NCBI GenBank assembly: GCA_976226885.1
Contig: OZ320319.1
Span: 49,414,001 to 49,478,000, forward strand
Direction of reading: 5' to 3'
Length of the DNA: 64,000 nt
From: Iphione sp. A-MEVVRFRX5
Lineage: Eukaryota
The notes under the pieces were generated by a model. That model ran no database searches and was not told the DNA's origin. It worked only from the letters and a program-made list of their open reading frames with translations. Position 1 is the stretch's first letter, and each line of letters starts with the position of its first letter. The position numbers were made by a program, and so were the translations under genes. Positions 39,950 to 53,713 of the stretch are shown here, one piece after another.

Positions 39950-40165
39950 ACCCGGAAGTTTCCTTTCACTGAGCGGAAAAGTCGGCAGACGTGACCTGCT
40001 TCCGGCGCCATCCCGTGATGCTGCCACGCTCCGGTCGCAATCAACTAAAATCCGCTTGGCGGCCGGCAGGGGTCAGCACTCGTGGCTCAGACGCGCGTTC
40101 ACGTGAATATCCTATCAACGAGCCGCCCCCTGGCTGCCACCAGCGCCGCCCCTCCTGTGGGATAG
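39950..40165. promoter_or_regulatory. CpG-rich patch with promoter-type motifs
   Basis: ETS-like CCGGAAGT at 39952-39959 and CTTCCGG near 39999-40005, a CACGTG E-box and high CpG density. No linked gene found. Confidence 0.3.
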
Positions 40166-42229
40166 ACAGCTCGGTATCAGCTGATCGAACGCGTCCGACT
40201 CCAGCGCAGGAAAGGTGACCAGAATGGTTCCAGCTGCACGGATGTGGTTTAACGCGGAGGTAAACGGGTAAGCAATGGAGTGACAGAAGGAACAGGTCTC
40301 ACAGCTCAGACGTCAGCTAAAAGCGCGTAGAGCTGAAGGCAGAATTGTCAGCCAATATCACCTCAGTGCTCCAAGCGTATTCGGTATCAAAAATGTCCCT
40401 TCACACAATTAGAAATATTCTTCCCGCTATTTTGTAAAATCCCAACCAATACGCCTGCAAAGATATGCCCCTGTTGCTACTGTTTGCGTCTTTTGTTGAT
40501 CCATGACACCCATACGTTCGGATTTTATTCGACAAGAAAATGTGCAGTAAACAATATAATATACATACATGCACTTATACGTGCTCTCCTTTCCATCCAA
40601 ACACAATTTTGTAATAGTTGTGAACCTACTTCATGTGTAGATATGTCTGTGGGAATTACGTATATAAAATTGTGTAGAGTGGGAGATTCCCACACACAGC
40701 CTCACATACAAGTACACGGAGACACATTCGTATGACCTCTTACTGTGATATCGCAGCGTGATTGCAGCTGATAGACAAATGGGTTAGTATGTATAAGCGC
40801 AGCACGAAACTCTGCCTAGTCCTCAGCCTTACTCGTCAGGCCATATTATCCAGAATATAATCCATCTTCCTGCCAGAAAAGCTACCACAGAAATTTCCCC
40901 TAGAAGTATCTTTTCCAAGACTTGCCCTCGGCTTTGGGCTGTTGCATTTTAAAATTATCTGCATCCACATTACAGCCGAAGCAATAACTTCCATCAAGGT
41001 AATAAGCACATAAAGATAAATTTCAGGAAGTCTTCCCAGATTGCTATTCCGGAAGTGTTACCGGCAAACATGAGCAGGCGCGATCATTCTAGAGACAGAC
41101 TGTTAAGTCTTGTTTTTCTGTCGTTCCTCACTTAACGCTGCGGTGCCCAGTCTGAAGGGATCCTCTCCCAAATGAGCCTGGAGGACATAATGGAGCATTA
41201 GCGCGACATCTTCCGGATATACTACTCGTCATAGCGTCATGAACATTAACGCCAGCGGCAATTAACGTCACACTTCACCCGAAATGCACCTCGATTTGCT
41301 GTTGGACATATCTCCATGTAGATAGACCAGCGTATAAAACACTATTACTCAAAAGAAATAACTCCCCTAATAACTTGATTTCTTAATGTGATAAGACCAA
41401 AAAAACATCTATCAAGCTGCACATGCAAAATCGACCGAGTTATGCCTCCCGATGACATCAGGGGAATAGGCATATTGCAAATTAATAGATATTAGTACTT
41501 AAATCTCGGTTCCTCAGAGAGCCATACATAACGATGAAGTGCCGATCCTCAAGTTGATTCATTGCTTGAGAAATCGTTTAGGATATCAGCAGACGTTGTC
41601 ATCGAGTGACTCTCTTTCGTTGGGAATGGCAGCCTTCATGTGACCAGAATATTTCTTTCTAATACGAGATGATTGGTTCTTCTTCATCGAAGCAAAAAGC
41701 ATCAGCGACAAAGAGTGCTGGTGGCAGTGTGGCTGTGTGACTGTGACGGCAAGAGCACGTCTTAAGTTCATAGTTTAGACAACGAGCAGTAGTATGAATA
41801 CAGTGGTACCTGTTTGTGAGGGTGTTGACAGTGCTGTACCTTTAGTGATGTATGTCTGTTTTCAAATATGTGTCCAAGAGAAAGAGGTCAATATACAACC
41901 AAGCGAATAACTGCTTTCAGCAAAATAAATAATAAATCACCTGATTTATACACATACATTTTCAAACGCTACTTTACAAGATCGTTAGTAATATGAGCAC
42001 TATCTATGATACAGCTGGGAGGTTAGATGAAGGGAGGGCCCAATAAAAAGCATTATCAAATATACAACAGGAAATTAATCTTCCGGCCTTCGCGAGTGCG
42101 GTCCCCTAATGGTCGTGAGTAGTCATGTGAAGAACCCTCCGTCAATGGTGAATGCATCTCCTAACAGGCCAAACTTCATTCATCGATTTCTAGAAAAAGA
42201 GATGTCAGGTAGATTTGTTGCCGTGTCCC

Positions 42230-42530
42230 ATGGCCGACAGCCTGAGGCTCTACGGGCACCGCTGGCAATAGAACCAGCACGAGCAGAGGCCATGCCAGAC
42301 GGGAGCCCCACACCGCAAGGCCTCTTACCACATAATGAGGAAGGTTAATGGAAGGGGCCTCCACTCGGTGCGGCCACGCGATGATAATCTTCTTGATGCC
42401 AAGTCTGGAGAATCTGCAAATCCGTTGGGACAAAAAGCCTCTGAGGACATTCATGCGATAACTCTCTCTCGATACCCGGCTTTCCCGCGTGGTCACAAAT
42501 TCGGATGAAGTGCCAACTAGGGATCGAATG
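42230..42530 (-). mobile_element. Faint LINE C-terminal fragment
   Basis: SWHFIRI, SQRICRFSRL and GAPVWHG in different frames resemble LSWxxHI, KASQRLYxLxRL and YAAPVWH. Confidence 0.22.
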
Positions 42531-43393
42531 AAACTTTCGACCAGACACATCCCACCGCTACGCCGACGCTAACCTGTTTTGAATGCCACATTCATGGTAT
42601 GTCTAGCTGCGACCTTTTAAACGTTGATTCCCGTTTAATGAAAGTGCCAGGCGGCTCCAGCCGTGGATGGTGCGATTCTGTTTGGGGACGCAGGTCGAAA
42701 GAGGGTGATATAGCAACGCGGCCAATAACATTAGCCCGCTGGGCCTGAACAGTGCCTGCATGTCGGGACGTCGGTGCCGCCGTCCCACCCCCACCACCAC
42801 ACCCCCTTCACCATATCCGTCATCCATGCTGCGTCACGACAGCTTTCTTCAAGGGACTGCACCACGCAATCTGGCCATACATTGCCGTGAGAGAAATTGC
42901 ATTTACCTGCATTGCTGACTCAGACAAAAGAAGGAATCTCACCCTGGGCGAGAGGGGAGGACAGAACTGACCTTCCACAAAGAGGTCATGGTCAGCCTGG
43001 CTGGTGCCTACCTGTAGTAAGAAGAGGAAGCTGCTGAAAGACGCTCACCTGGAAGGAAGCAATTCAGACAAGACGTTAACATGTGATCCATCAATGCATC
43101 ATTTTAACTCTGAATCATCTGGTGGTAAATTAGGCCCACAGCACCAACATTGGGAAACATTATCGTGGTTGTCAATTTGTTTTGGGACAGTTAAATGTTC
43201 AATGAAACTCGAATTTCTGAAAGTTATTCCTAGTACAACGCGGTACAAAGAAACTTAGAAGCCATATTCTGTAAAATAATACCTTGTATCAGTATCCGTA
43301 TGCAAGTTTGAATAAAACAGCAAGTTTCTATAAAGACAAGCACGCCCGGCCCATGCACTGGTTGTCTACAGTGAAGGGAGATTCTCCCTCTCT

Positions 43394-43416
43394 GGGGGGT
43401 GGGGGTGGGGGTGGGG
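43394..43416 (+). repeat. (GGGGGT)n tract, G-quadruplex-capable
   Basis: Four runs of at least 4 G separated by single T. Confidence 0.7.
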
Positions 43417-46400
43417 TGATTGGGTTGATTCGCTTGAGTACAACAGATGATAGCATTTTAAAATCCTTGGTTCTGCTTCACTTGTTACAGACCTACATAT
43501 TCCTACACCTAACTGAAAAAAGTAGGACCAGCTTTTTAAAACTTTCCTTCATATTCTGTTTACTACCTTAACACATGAAACAGTTTCAGTTATTCTTAAA
43601 AAAGAAAAAAGCTGAACATAACATGTGAGAAAAGAAATTATGAGCTTCATGAAAAGTCTCACATCAATGAGACCTCCTCCCAATGGCCGTACTGCTTTCA
43701 GGCAATGTTTTACATAGGTAGTGTAAATATGCTTGGTTCCTTTTTTAAAGTGTGCTTATATAATTTGTGACATGGCGATTTTGTGACCGGGTGCCACTTA
43801 CTATCAACGTTACTTTAGAATGCGAACAATATTTTTGAGGCCAGAGAATAAAAAGAAAGGACCGTCGAATAAATACAGCTATAAGACAACTGTATCTATA
43901 CACTTTGATATCGGCTCGTATGAGTAGCTCAAAGAAGCAAATGAGAAAGGCAGCAGGCTTTGATTATGTCCACATCCCCATCCAATTAGTTCTGGAAGTG
44001 GCACGAGGTGAGAAAACCTCATTATACGAGTACATGTCTGTTGTGTTGACTTCTGTCTGCAGTAAGACGATCCCTCAATTCTCATGTCTTGATAGCAGAC
44101 CGTCGTGAAATCAAATACATGTACATACAGATTATTCTTTAATTCTTGGCGAAACTGTCCTGACTTCAGATGTACTGGGCACAAGTCCTCAAGGACTGTA
44201 ACTCTTTCATTGGACAGATCTCAGTAAACAGGCTCTAGTTCACGCTTAAATCAAACGTTCTTGTTACCTACTGAGAATTAGATTTCATTGGCTCAGATGT
44301 CACGAACTCGCACAACACTGTGATAGCAAGAAGGAAAGACCAAATCTATTAAGAAAGCTTCGTCGTCGAGTTATCTGACTCTCAGGGTCAGATGAGCTTT
44401 CTAATTTACCACCATCTGACGCTAGGAATTCTGGGGATGCTCAGTACGTAATTAGTGGCCAAAAATGCCCAAAGCAAAAGCGACACGGAGCGAGGTTCTA
44501 CAGAGAACAAGGAAGGAGCGACTTAAAAGTGTCTGGCATTCTGCCCCCAGCCGAGCTTTCTACCCTCTTTTTCTGCATGCCGTCGTCCCTATACTGCGAA
44601 GTCCGTAATGATGCCAATTGCAAACAGGCTTTCTGGAGCCAATCACGACCGTCTGTGACTCGAGCTGCCTCTATTTAACCGATCCTGTATTCAAGGAGGA
44701 GGCATCAAATGCTAGCCCATGGCCACTGCCGGGCTGGGCACTGCACGTGGCTTTCTTTACCGACCGATGCCCATAGTGAGCAACACAGTGGAGACAGTCG
44801 CGTGAATGAGACAGAAAAAAAGAAGGAATTTTTAAAATGCCCGCCGTTGACTAACGAACTGACCGATGGACGTGAATGGAGCTTTGAGGGAAAACAATTA
44901 AAAGGGTGTTTACTTTCGGGAAGACCACGGAGAAAATATCTACATGTAATTGGTTTTATATAAATGTACCGTAAGCTGATGACACACACATACACAGACA
45001 CACAGACACACAATTACATGTAATAGATAACCTGAGGACATGCTGAATGCTGGCACATGCAGGGGGTGGTTGTGGGCTTCAGCACATTCTGTCACTGCTT
45101 AAGTACTGCCCGAACAAGGACGAGGGAGGCTAACATGAATTCCAGCTGTGTCTCTCAGAGCGGATGGTCCCAGTCATGAAAGGAGAAGCAGCTCGTTGGA
45201 TACGCTCGCAGTGTGGGAGCCGTGGGTTGAGAGTAACGTATGCGCTAACCTGTACGGCAGGTAATCAAGCAAAGACCGATGGGAGGCATTTGCCTCATCA
45301 GGGAACGTTACTGATAAATGTCACCCGGGCCCGGGAATCTTAATGTAGTAGACTTGGCCCAACCAAAACTATCGCCAGGTTCCTCGTTAAACAGCACTCC
45401 GAAATAACTGCTCCGAGGCTAGCAGCATAAATAGACGTAAAGGTGTGCGGTGCTGGAGTTGGGTAGTCGCTAGAATGAACCTAAGATACAGTCAGGCCAT
45501 CGAGCGATCGACATGTTCGTCTACACGGGAGTTTTTTTTTTATTTAAACAAATTGTCAGATACTCTAAGTTTAAGGGCACGGGTGGCATTTGGTTTTGTA
45601 AGCAAAAATGCGCTGACATTTAACAGAACTATCTGTTTGGCTCGGGTTGACTGTAGTGTAAAAGTTGAATCCTCTTAAAAGTTATAACTGCATTTCCCAC
45701 TTCACTTCACTTTGCGTCTAGTTCTCATGACTTCTGCTTCCCCGCTTACAACGCCAATAAATACAAAACAAGTGGTGAAGATCGGAGACTCGCACAGTGA
45801 ATACAGATTGCTTAACTGCTTCTGTCACAATAACTCCTGTGCATTTTGAATAACTAAACCTAGAAGGCAGCAACCCATTCAAAACCAAGTCTTTGACATT
45901 TACGCTTTAAATATCAGCACTACATCAACAAGGTAATGCATATCCTAGAGCAACGGAAGGAACGCGACAACCTTTCTTTAATGCAATCTATGATAAACAG
46001 AAGATAGCATATCGGTTGGTTGATCCAAACGCGGCCTGGGCGCGGCTGGTCGGCCCCATGGGGTAGCGGATGCTCACTGGGACCTGGTCAGTGACAAAGT
46101 GGAACACTAATTGCCTTAGCTTACCTAAGTAACCTGATTCCGGGGCGGCGCTAACAGCTAAACACTAATCTTACCTTGGGTGAAAAGGCATATATCACCG
46201 TTGAGCTAGGCATGTTTCTGCCCGTCAGGCAGGCCACCCAAGCTGTACTGCGCTTCTGCATATCAAGCCCCTCGCAAACTGGCATTAAAAAAATGTGCGC
46301 CTTGTATGCAGTAGATCAGCGCCGAAACGTTCTGTCGATCGGGAAGCAATATTTACGAGAGAGGATTAGAGGGCCACGGCCTAACTAAGTACCACGTCAA

Positions 46401-49400
46401 TAACTGACGTCCCAAACAATATTTGATGACGGCACTGCCACTGGGGACATAAAAGCATACGTTACACCGATGAAAGTTTTTTTTAAAAAAACACACACAA
46501 CTTTGGAGACGATTTACCAAAGGCCGTGGATCCTTCGATTACCATCACCAGCGGATTCTTAGCGGTGCAGGTATCTGTGCGTTATAAGACCAGGTTTCAA
46601 TGTACAGTGCAGGCTTTCATGGGCGTGTTGACGTGTTTCTGGCATGTTTGGGGGGGGGGAAAGAAGGCATAACAACAGGAGTGTCTCTATGTGTATGTGC
46701 ACCATGTACCATGAAACGTGGAGGCAGGCACCATGTTTTCAAATGGGACGTTCTATTTTTCACGGTGATGAAAAGTGACAATGAAATAACAATGTTAGCT
46801 ATGTTTCTGCCCCAAAGAACATACATGTATTCCTGCATATTACTGCACGTCCTCATCTCTTCTGATGTGTTTCAGCCGAATCTACATGAATTTCGCAGTT
46901 TATCAGCAAAAATTACATGAATTTTGCCATGTTTCGCCTGATTCTATACAGTGGTAATCGTATTAACTTGTGAAAACAAACAGCTCCAAACCGACATGCG
47001 CACATGGAAACCTAGCCTAAACATTTAAAGAAAGTTTTGCGAGTCTCACTGCCGGCATTGGTCGTGGTCGTGCTGTTTGCATAAGCGAATGGCGTCGGTT
47101 TTGCGTCCTTACAACGACAATCTATGCAGGGTGATATGGATTAAAATATCGTCTGCATGTTGATGTTTCAAGTCGTCAAGCAGTTTATTCACGTTTCAAA
47201 ATTCATCGCGAAGGAACTAGCACTTCAACGCACGATTCTACTCAATGAAAGTCACTTAAACAGAAACTTCCAGGCCGCAAGCATCTGGGTGTACAAGTGG
47301 GGGACAATTATCTTATAATGCAGATCAGAATACCGACAATTATGTGCTTCCCCCGCTCCCAACAGGAATGATGAATGCGATTAGATGACTGCTCTCCATA
47401 GGGAATCATTGAGAGCTTTAGTCGAGGAGGTCGTGACCTGCCGCTTGTTTAAATTTGTTGAATGGAATGAGAAAACGGCCACAACCGTTTCCTGAATACT
47501 GATGACATTTTTAACTGAATGTGGTTAACCTGTCCACTGAATAACCATTTACACGCACGCAGCCTCATCAGTCCTGAGGGACTGCGCTGAAGAAATAGTT
47601 CGAACGACCACTTTAAAACAATCTAGCTCGCCTGGACAAATCCAATAAGAACTCCTACATAGCTATATAAAACCTTAAGCACAGGACGTTGGTCCCCGTG
47701 CAAGCCTTACCCACCAAATCTACTCCAAAGGGCAATGAGAAACAAGACTGAAGAAGAGACGAGTCTACTGCTTGTGAGCGCGCACACACCATTAGCTCCC
47801 ACCCCTACTTCCCCATTGCGGCAATATCAAGAAGTAGACAAGCTAAGTGGGCACAGCAGTGGGCGGAGAACAGGGCGCGGTTGGCTGGCCCCCTCGCCAT
47901 CGCCAGCCACTGTAGGCTGTGTGGAGGGGCAGACGGCGCAAGGGTGCGGGCGCGCCTACGGGTACTGGGGAGAGAGTGGATCCTCGACAATTTTCGAGAC
48001 GTACAATGCTCGCGGCTACCCGCCGCCAGCAGCAACAGTGGTGACGGTTTGCTTGGGAGAAAAGGAACAACCCCCCACCCTTGCATAATAAGACCCCAAA
48101 ACAACAACAACAACAGAAGTACATTCGTTTTAGGAAGCAAAGTCACTGATAGTAGGTAGCATAACTCATTTGAGGAGAAACGGATTGGTTCCTTTTATCA
48201 AATCAATTAGAGGGGATTCACTCTCATTCACAGTTTACGGTGCCATAAATTGGACACCATACATGGAAATGGTATTACGTTTGTCGTCTGCATACAGCGG
48301 GTCCATCCTATCCATGTGTGCGTATATCTAATATTCATAATGTGTTAGTAAATTACAGCGTTACTCGGACATTCAGCGTAGGACCTGTCCAAACTGAGAG
48401 AATGAAGCAAAGATTCATGACTCGAGGGAGAACTGAATAAAACATGGCCCATTTCACCAGGAACTTGAAAGCTGTTGACAACAGAAAGACCTGTCAGAGG
48501 CACGTTCAAGTTCCCGTGTCCAGAATGATTCCCTAGAGAGCTGGCACCACTTTGTGTATCGCCGACTCAACACTGCCAAATATTGACCGCCAAAGGATCG
48601 TAAGAGCAATACGTGTATTTATATGCACATGCACATATATATACATATATGTACTCTTATACCGCGCATTGGTATGCCTCTCGACCAAGCTGACGAAGTT
48701 GCGTGTAATGGATAGACATGAGCAAATTTTAAAAAAGGAGGCAATAAAAATTTCATGAGTTCACAAGCCTACAATACTGCTTCTAACAGAACATCTTTAA
48801 GCAAAACAAGCATACCAATGTAAATGTAATACATAAGGGGTAATAAGGAAATGGTTGCTAAACGTTTTGACTAAGCAGGAAAACAGGCTGCATCGAAATA
48901 AGTAGATGAATGTCATGTTTAACACAAATGCAGGAAGTTTACAAACAAAGAATTGCATATAATATGTTAATGCAACGAAAGAGAAAAATCTTAATATATG
49001 ATTATGATAGTGCGTAAAAGATGAAAAAAATACTCTAACTATAGTTTTGCGGAAGGTACGTCCTGTCATTTTAAATCAACGCTATAGTCACGAACAAAGT
49101 TCAATATTATTCAATTTTATTCAAGACAACCACATGAAAGAGGTATCTGGTACCGTTTGTTATTCGATCACGGAACACACTGCATATGTGCATTTTTTTT
49201 AATATAATAAACAGATACGATGACATTTCCCTGGCAACATCGGTACCACTAATGTCAATAAGCTAATGAACAGGAAACAAAAACGGGCTTGGCGCACTCA
49301 CACACAGCACGTGTAAGAAGTATCTGAAATGTCGGGAGTCAAAAGATTGTTTGCACAATTTCTCATGGGACCATAGCAAACATGCTTACGTACAATAACT

Positions 49401-49819
49401 GTATTCCTATATGACGCAAGCGGATTCGCTACGGGTATGCTCCACGCAAGCCGCTAATGGTACGTTACGGCCACACGAAGTTCCAGTTGCATTCACTTAA
49501 AACCTTTCATTGACAAACCAAGTACAAAACATTAGATTAAGTTAAAACGAAAAATATCTAGTCGGTTCCACGTAGAATAAGTCTCCGGTGGCACCAAAAA
49601 TTGAACTGAAACAAATTTGACTGAATGACGGGGAGTTTCAATGGTCTGTTACGAACTTAAATTCCATGCAAAACTAACTTAAAGCCAATTCTGAGGGGGG
49701 CAGGAAAGGGAGGAAGGGGAGGTAGGCTAGCCATTCACAATGTAACTGTATCAATTACCAAAGATGATAGGCGCAGTGAACGGAGGGGACAGGTGAGAAA
49801 CGGACCAGTAGCAGGAAGT

Positions 49820-49889
49820 ATGGCGGCCGATGGTAACGAACAGCAACTGTGTGGATTTGCTGAAATTGATCGTCTGGCTATCATATCGG
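49820..49889 (+). CDS. Candidate first coding exon MAADGNEQQLCGFAEIDRLAIIS
   Basis: GGAAGT-ATGGCGGC start context (ETS/YY1-like, typical of housekeeping genes) and G|GTGAGC donor. No downstream exon identified. Confidence 0.22.
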
Positions 49890-50865
49890 GTGAGCAATAA
49901 GAAGGATCCCCCACTTCCTTCCAACCAAACCAGCCACTTAGGTCGGGTTCCAGAAAACGACAGTACAGGCAGAAAAGGGGACAGGTGGCAGTGACTCTGA
50001 TGATTACACAGTAGACACGGCTAAATGCTGGCACAACCTATTCACAGGAGTAGTTATGCAGGTAAACAACTGAAACCCATCCTTACAAAAACATTCCTTA
50101 TGTGGCATTTATATTATAAATGTAGTGCTGTACTAAGGTCTGTGTCAACAACAAAAAACAGGCTTTACCACTGAAAATCCGATTTCACTCTCATAGAAAT
50201 GATTTTGGCCCACATAAAAAGCTTCTTCTTTTATGAGGTTTTGTCAACAGCGTGTTCTTCCTGCAGCCGGCCGAAAATGTGCTTCGTCTTATTTTCTAAT
50301 AAGGCCAGTCCAGGCAAACAAGTTAATAAACTGTGCGCATGGAGTGTGAAGGGTTCAAAACAGCAGAGACCAACCGATACGACAAAAGCAGTGAATTCAT
50401 AGGTACATGTATTACAAATATATATGAACGGAATGAGCGAACGTACGCATATACTCATCAAGCCTATGAAATTAACTGTAGACATATAACTTTTTTTTTC
50501 ATGAGCATGATCAGATATTTTTTAATAATGCGGAAATAGTCAATCTCCCCGAGATGGGAGAAAGCCAAAGCATCAGTGTCATCTACCTTTTATCCCACGT
50601 GGAAATCCTCATACTAACCAAAAATGGAATAACTTTCCCGAGACAGTGATTAGCTTTCCCGGTGAGATACCGTTACAGGACAGAGCCTTCGACTATACGT
50701 CCGTCTCTTACAGATCCACAAGTGTTATGAAATGAGTGATGTTCGTCCCGCCAGAGGAAGAAACGAGCGCTGAGCGGCAACTTCCTGCGTGCCATTTATG
50801 AAAAGGGCACGGGTGTCGTAAATCATCAGCTAATAAGCCGCGTGAGCTGGCAAGATCAGAAACAG

Positions 50866-51150
50866 TGGAAAATTGCCTCAAGTTTATTCGCGACGCAGAC
50901 GAAGCGGAGACAGGACCCCGCCGAGCGACAAAATTTCCTCTGGCCCTCCTATCAGGAGGAGCTAGTAACAGCAATCGCTGGTTGCGTGGGGCGGGCTCCA
51001 GCCAAGGCGGGTCTCCTATTTGTTACCTTATGACAAAGAGCTACGGAGGTCCAAGTGCTACAAGAAATATCTAGCTGCTGCAAAAAAAAGTTTTCTCCAC
51101 CATAGGGTGTACTTGTACAAGGAATGCAGCGTGGCTTTTGAAGTACATGT
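50866..51150 (+). mobile_element. Faint LINE reverse-transcriptase relic
   Basis: WKIA..KRRQDPA (cf. WKxA..KKxxxxDPxNYRP), EELVTAI and VYLYKECSVAFEVH (cf. VYLDFSKAFDxVPH) in order, with a frameshift. Confidence 0.32.
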
Positions 51151-53546
51151 ACAAGCTAGTAAGAGAGAACCAGGATTACATGCAGTGCTACCAGAAATCA
51201 ATTCACATCACTTTTTCACATTATTGATGGTGTCTCATATCACAGCCTCGTCTGTATTAACATTTATCTTGTCAGAAATGGGAAGGTGCATCAGGATGAA
51301 AGGAGCACATATATACTATCGTAAAAGCTGATAAGACCTGATTAACAATCATATTATGGGGACCATCTTCTTCAGTCTATCCTTATCATAGCCAGTGTAT
51401 GAATTGAACGTCATCTTCAGGACTAGCCCCAAAGGATTTCCATTTAATTGATGGCACCATATACTAACCATTCCACTGCATGCTCATAAGAAATCGGCGA
51501 TGGCGCTCACTTGTACGTCTCAATTGTCTTTTATTACTTGACCAAGCGAAGGGGACTCATCGTGTTCATCTATTGAACAAGGCCTTTATACATGTACGTT
51601 TGATGTGGGCTATTCTTCGGACAGATCAGTTTTCAGTCAACTTCATGACCGGAATACGATCTGGTTATTGGAAGCTGTATTGATACAGATGTCAATGCTT
51701 TAAACGTTTTCCTGAAGGGGGCAGCACATTCAAGTTCGGAAGACCAATTTGGTGACAGTAGGAATGGCGGGACGCACAACATGATATACATGCACATTAT
51801 CATGTCACCCTTGTTACACAAGGAGCTGTAAGAACAGGGCGACAAATCGATATTCGAACATGGACATGTAACAATCATCCAGTTTCTTCTCTGCTGAGTG
51901 GCATGGTGCTGCAGTCCTTCGCTGCAGAACAATTAACACAGGACTAAAAGCTGCATGTGGAGTAGTGCCACCTAGTTACCTGAGGTGGTATTTCCATCAG
52001 CAGTAGAAACCGTGGATCGCCCACCAGCAACCGGTGCCAGCGTCATGAGCAGGTGTGAGCAGCACGAGCAAACCGATGGCGCGAGCTGGGGGGTGGCTGA
52101 GGCCTTAAGGGCGTGACACTGTCAGAGCCCACGATAATTGGAGAAGGCACAATTTGACACGCACCAGTTCTTGATTGAGCCTATACTCGGAGGCTGACCC
52201 TGCGTTAACATCTATCACTGAGCAAGCAGAAGGTGTGAGCTCCGGAAAATATAAGCATATTGGTTCGTTTATTGAACCGGTCACAAGTGTATGCGTGCAA
52301 GGTGAAAATTTCATCAATTGTGTCCAGTGTGGAAAGCATGCTGAGTCTGATACTCATTTGGCGGAAAACCCTGGAGGAGGGGCTGCACAAGTGAGCAACC
52401 TGAAAAAACTCTTATAAGTTTGCCTTATCTTTTTAAATATATGGTCGTAGTGAAACCATGGCCACTTTCAGACACGTACTACAACGGAACTGTGGCCTAA
52501 AAGTGCAGCCAAAACAAAAATAACAAAAAACTTTCGTCTCTTTCTGTGTAACAAGATAAATTCTATAACAATACCTGCTCTGCGCAATAAACCCGTACAG
52601 CACAGTTCTAATAAGCAAATCAATAAACCTCTCAAACGGAGATGACCTTCAAATGAAAGGACTGCAACGGAAGCCTTTTTCAGCCCAGGACATATCTGAA
52701 GGGAAGCGCAGGAAACCTTTTCCAAAAAGAGTCACCGCCCAGCTGGGGAAATACCATCACTCGATCGATGCTGGGTCACGCAGAGAGGAAATAGAAAGGG
52801 AATCGTCGTGGTTGGCAGAGAGCTGCGTAGGCGTTACAAGTTGAGGCGACTGGAGGCAAAAGGGAGAGCGTTCTGGGGTTGCGTGTTTCTGACACGGGGA
52901 CTGATGGATGGCGCTGCCGTCTTGTCAGCAGCCACACCATTGCTAGCTGCCTCTGGGCGGCAGATCGTAATCGCAGCGACGCGATCGCGCAGTGGGCGGT
53001 CGGCGGGTGGGCCTGCTCGTCGTTGGCGACCACGCGACCACCGCCTGGAAAAGAGCGCCGTCCAAAACGCCAGAACCAGATGCATCCAGCAGCATTGGCC
53101 CATACCACCATCACCAACACGAAAGCGACCGGCGCCCTAGTCGACGCAGCCACTGTCCAGGGCAGCATTGGTGCCGAGTCAGCACTAATAACTCAGCCAC
53201 CCGGGGTTGGTATATGCCGCAACCGTCAACAATAGCCGCTGCCAGAAGACGGGAAGCGATAGGCTGCGACGCTTGCAGAAGCTACCGCCACCCCAGCACA
53301 CAGATGCGACCAGAGGACAGATATCGATACACGGAATTAGCCCTTTAAAGCTCCACTAATGCTCGCGCCGTTGCTCTTCTATGCACACGCTGAACTACAG
53401 AGAGAGTGCTATGTGAAGAAGGCTATTTCACTGGGCATCATGCGAGAGTAAATCCGTAAAAGCGGTCGCTAAACACATATGGCATCAGACCTCGGTTGAG
53501 GTTCACCGTTTGTTGGCTGAGCCTCCAAGGGCAGGAAAGCACAAAC

Positions 53547-53713
53547 ATGGAGCAGAACTACAGAGATCTCTATGCTCTTTTAGAAAAGTTCCGGCCACAG
53601 ACTGGCGCCATGATCGACGACATGCAGGACTATCTTTGACCGAAATATCAACCTTCCACATAGAGTGATCTGGACATAGAGGCTTCAGTATTAAAGGATA
53701 ATACATTGGTGAG
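53547..53713 (+). pseudogene. Candidate pseudo-exon MEQNYRDLYALLEKFRPQTGAMIDDMQDYL*PKYQPST*SDLDIEASVLKDNTLV
   Basis: ATG start, AG|GTATGT donor, and two stops (TGA, TAG) each one C>T step from CGA/CAG. No family recognised. Confidence 0.22.
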
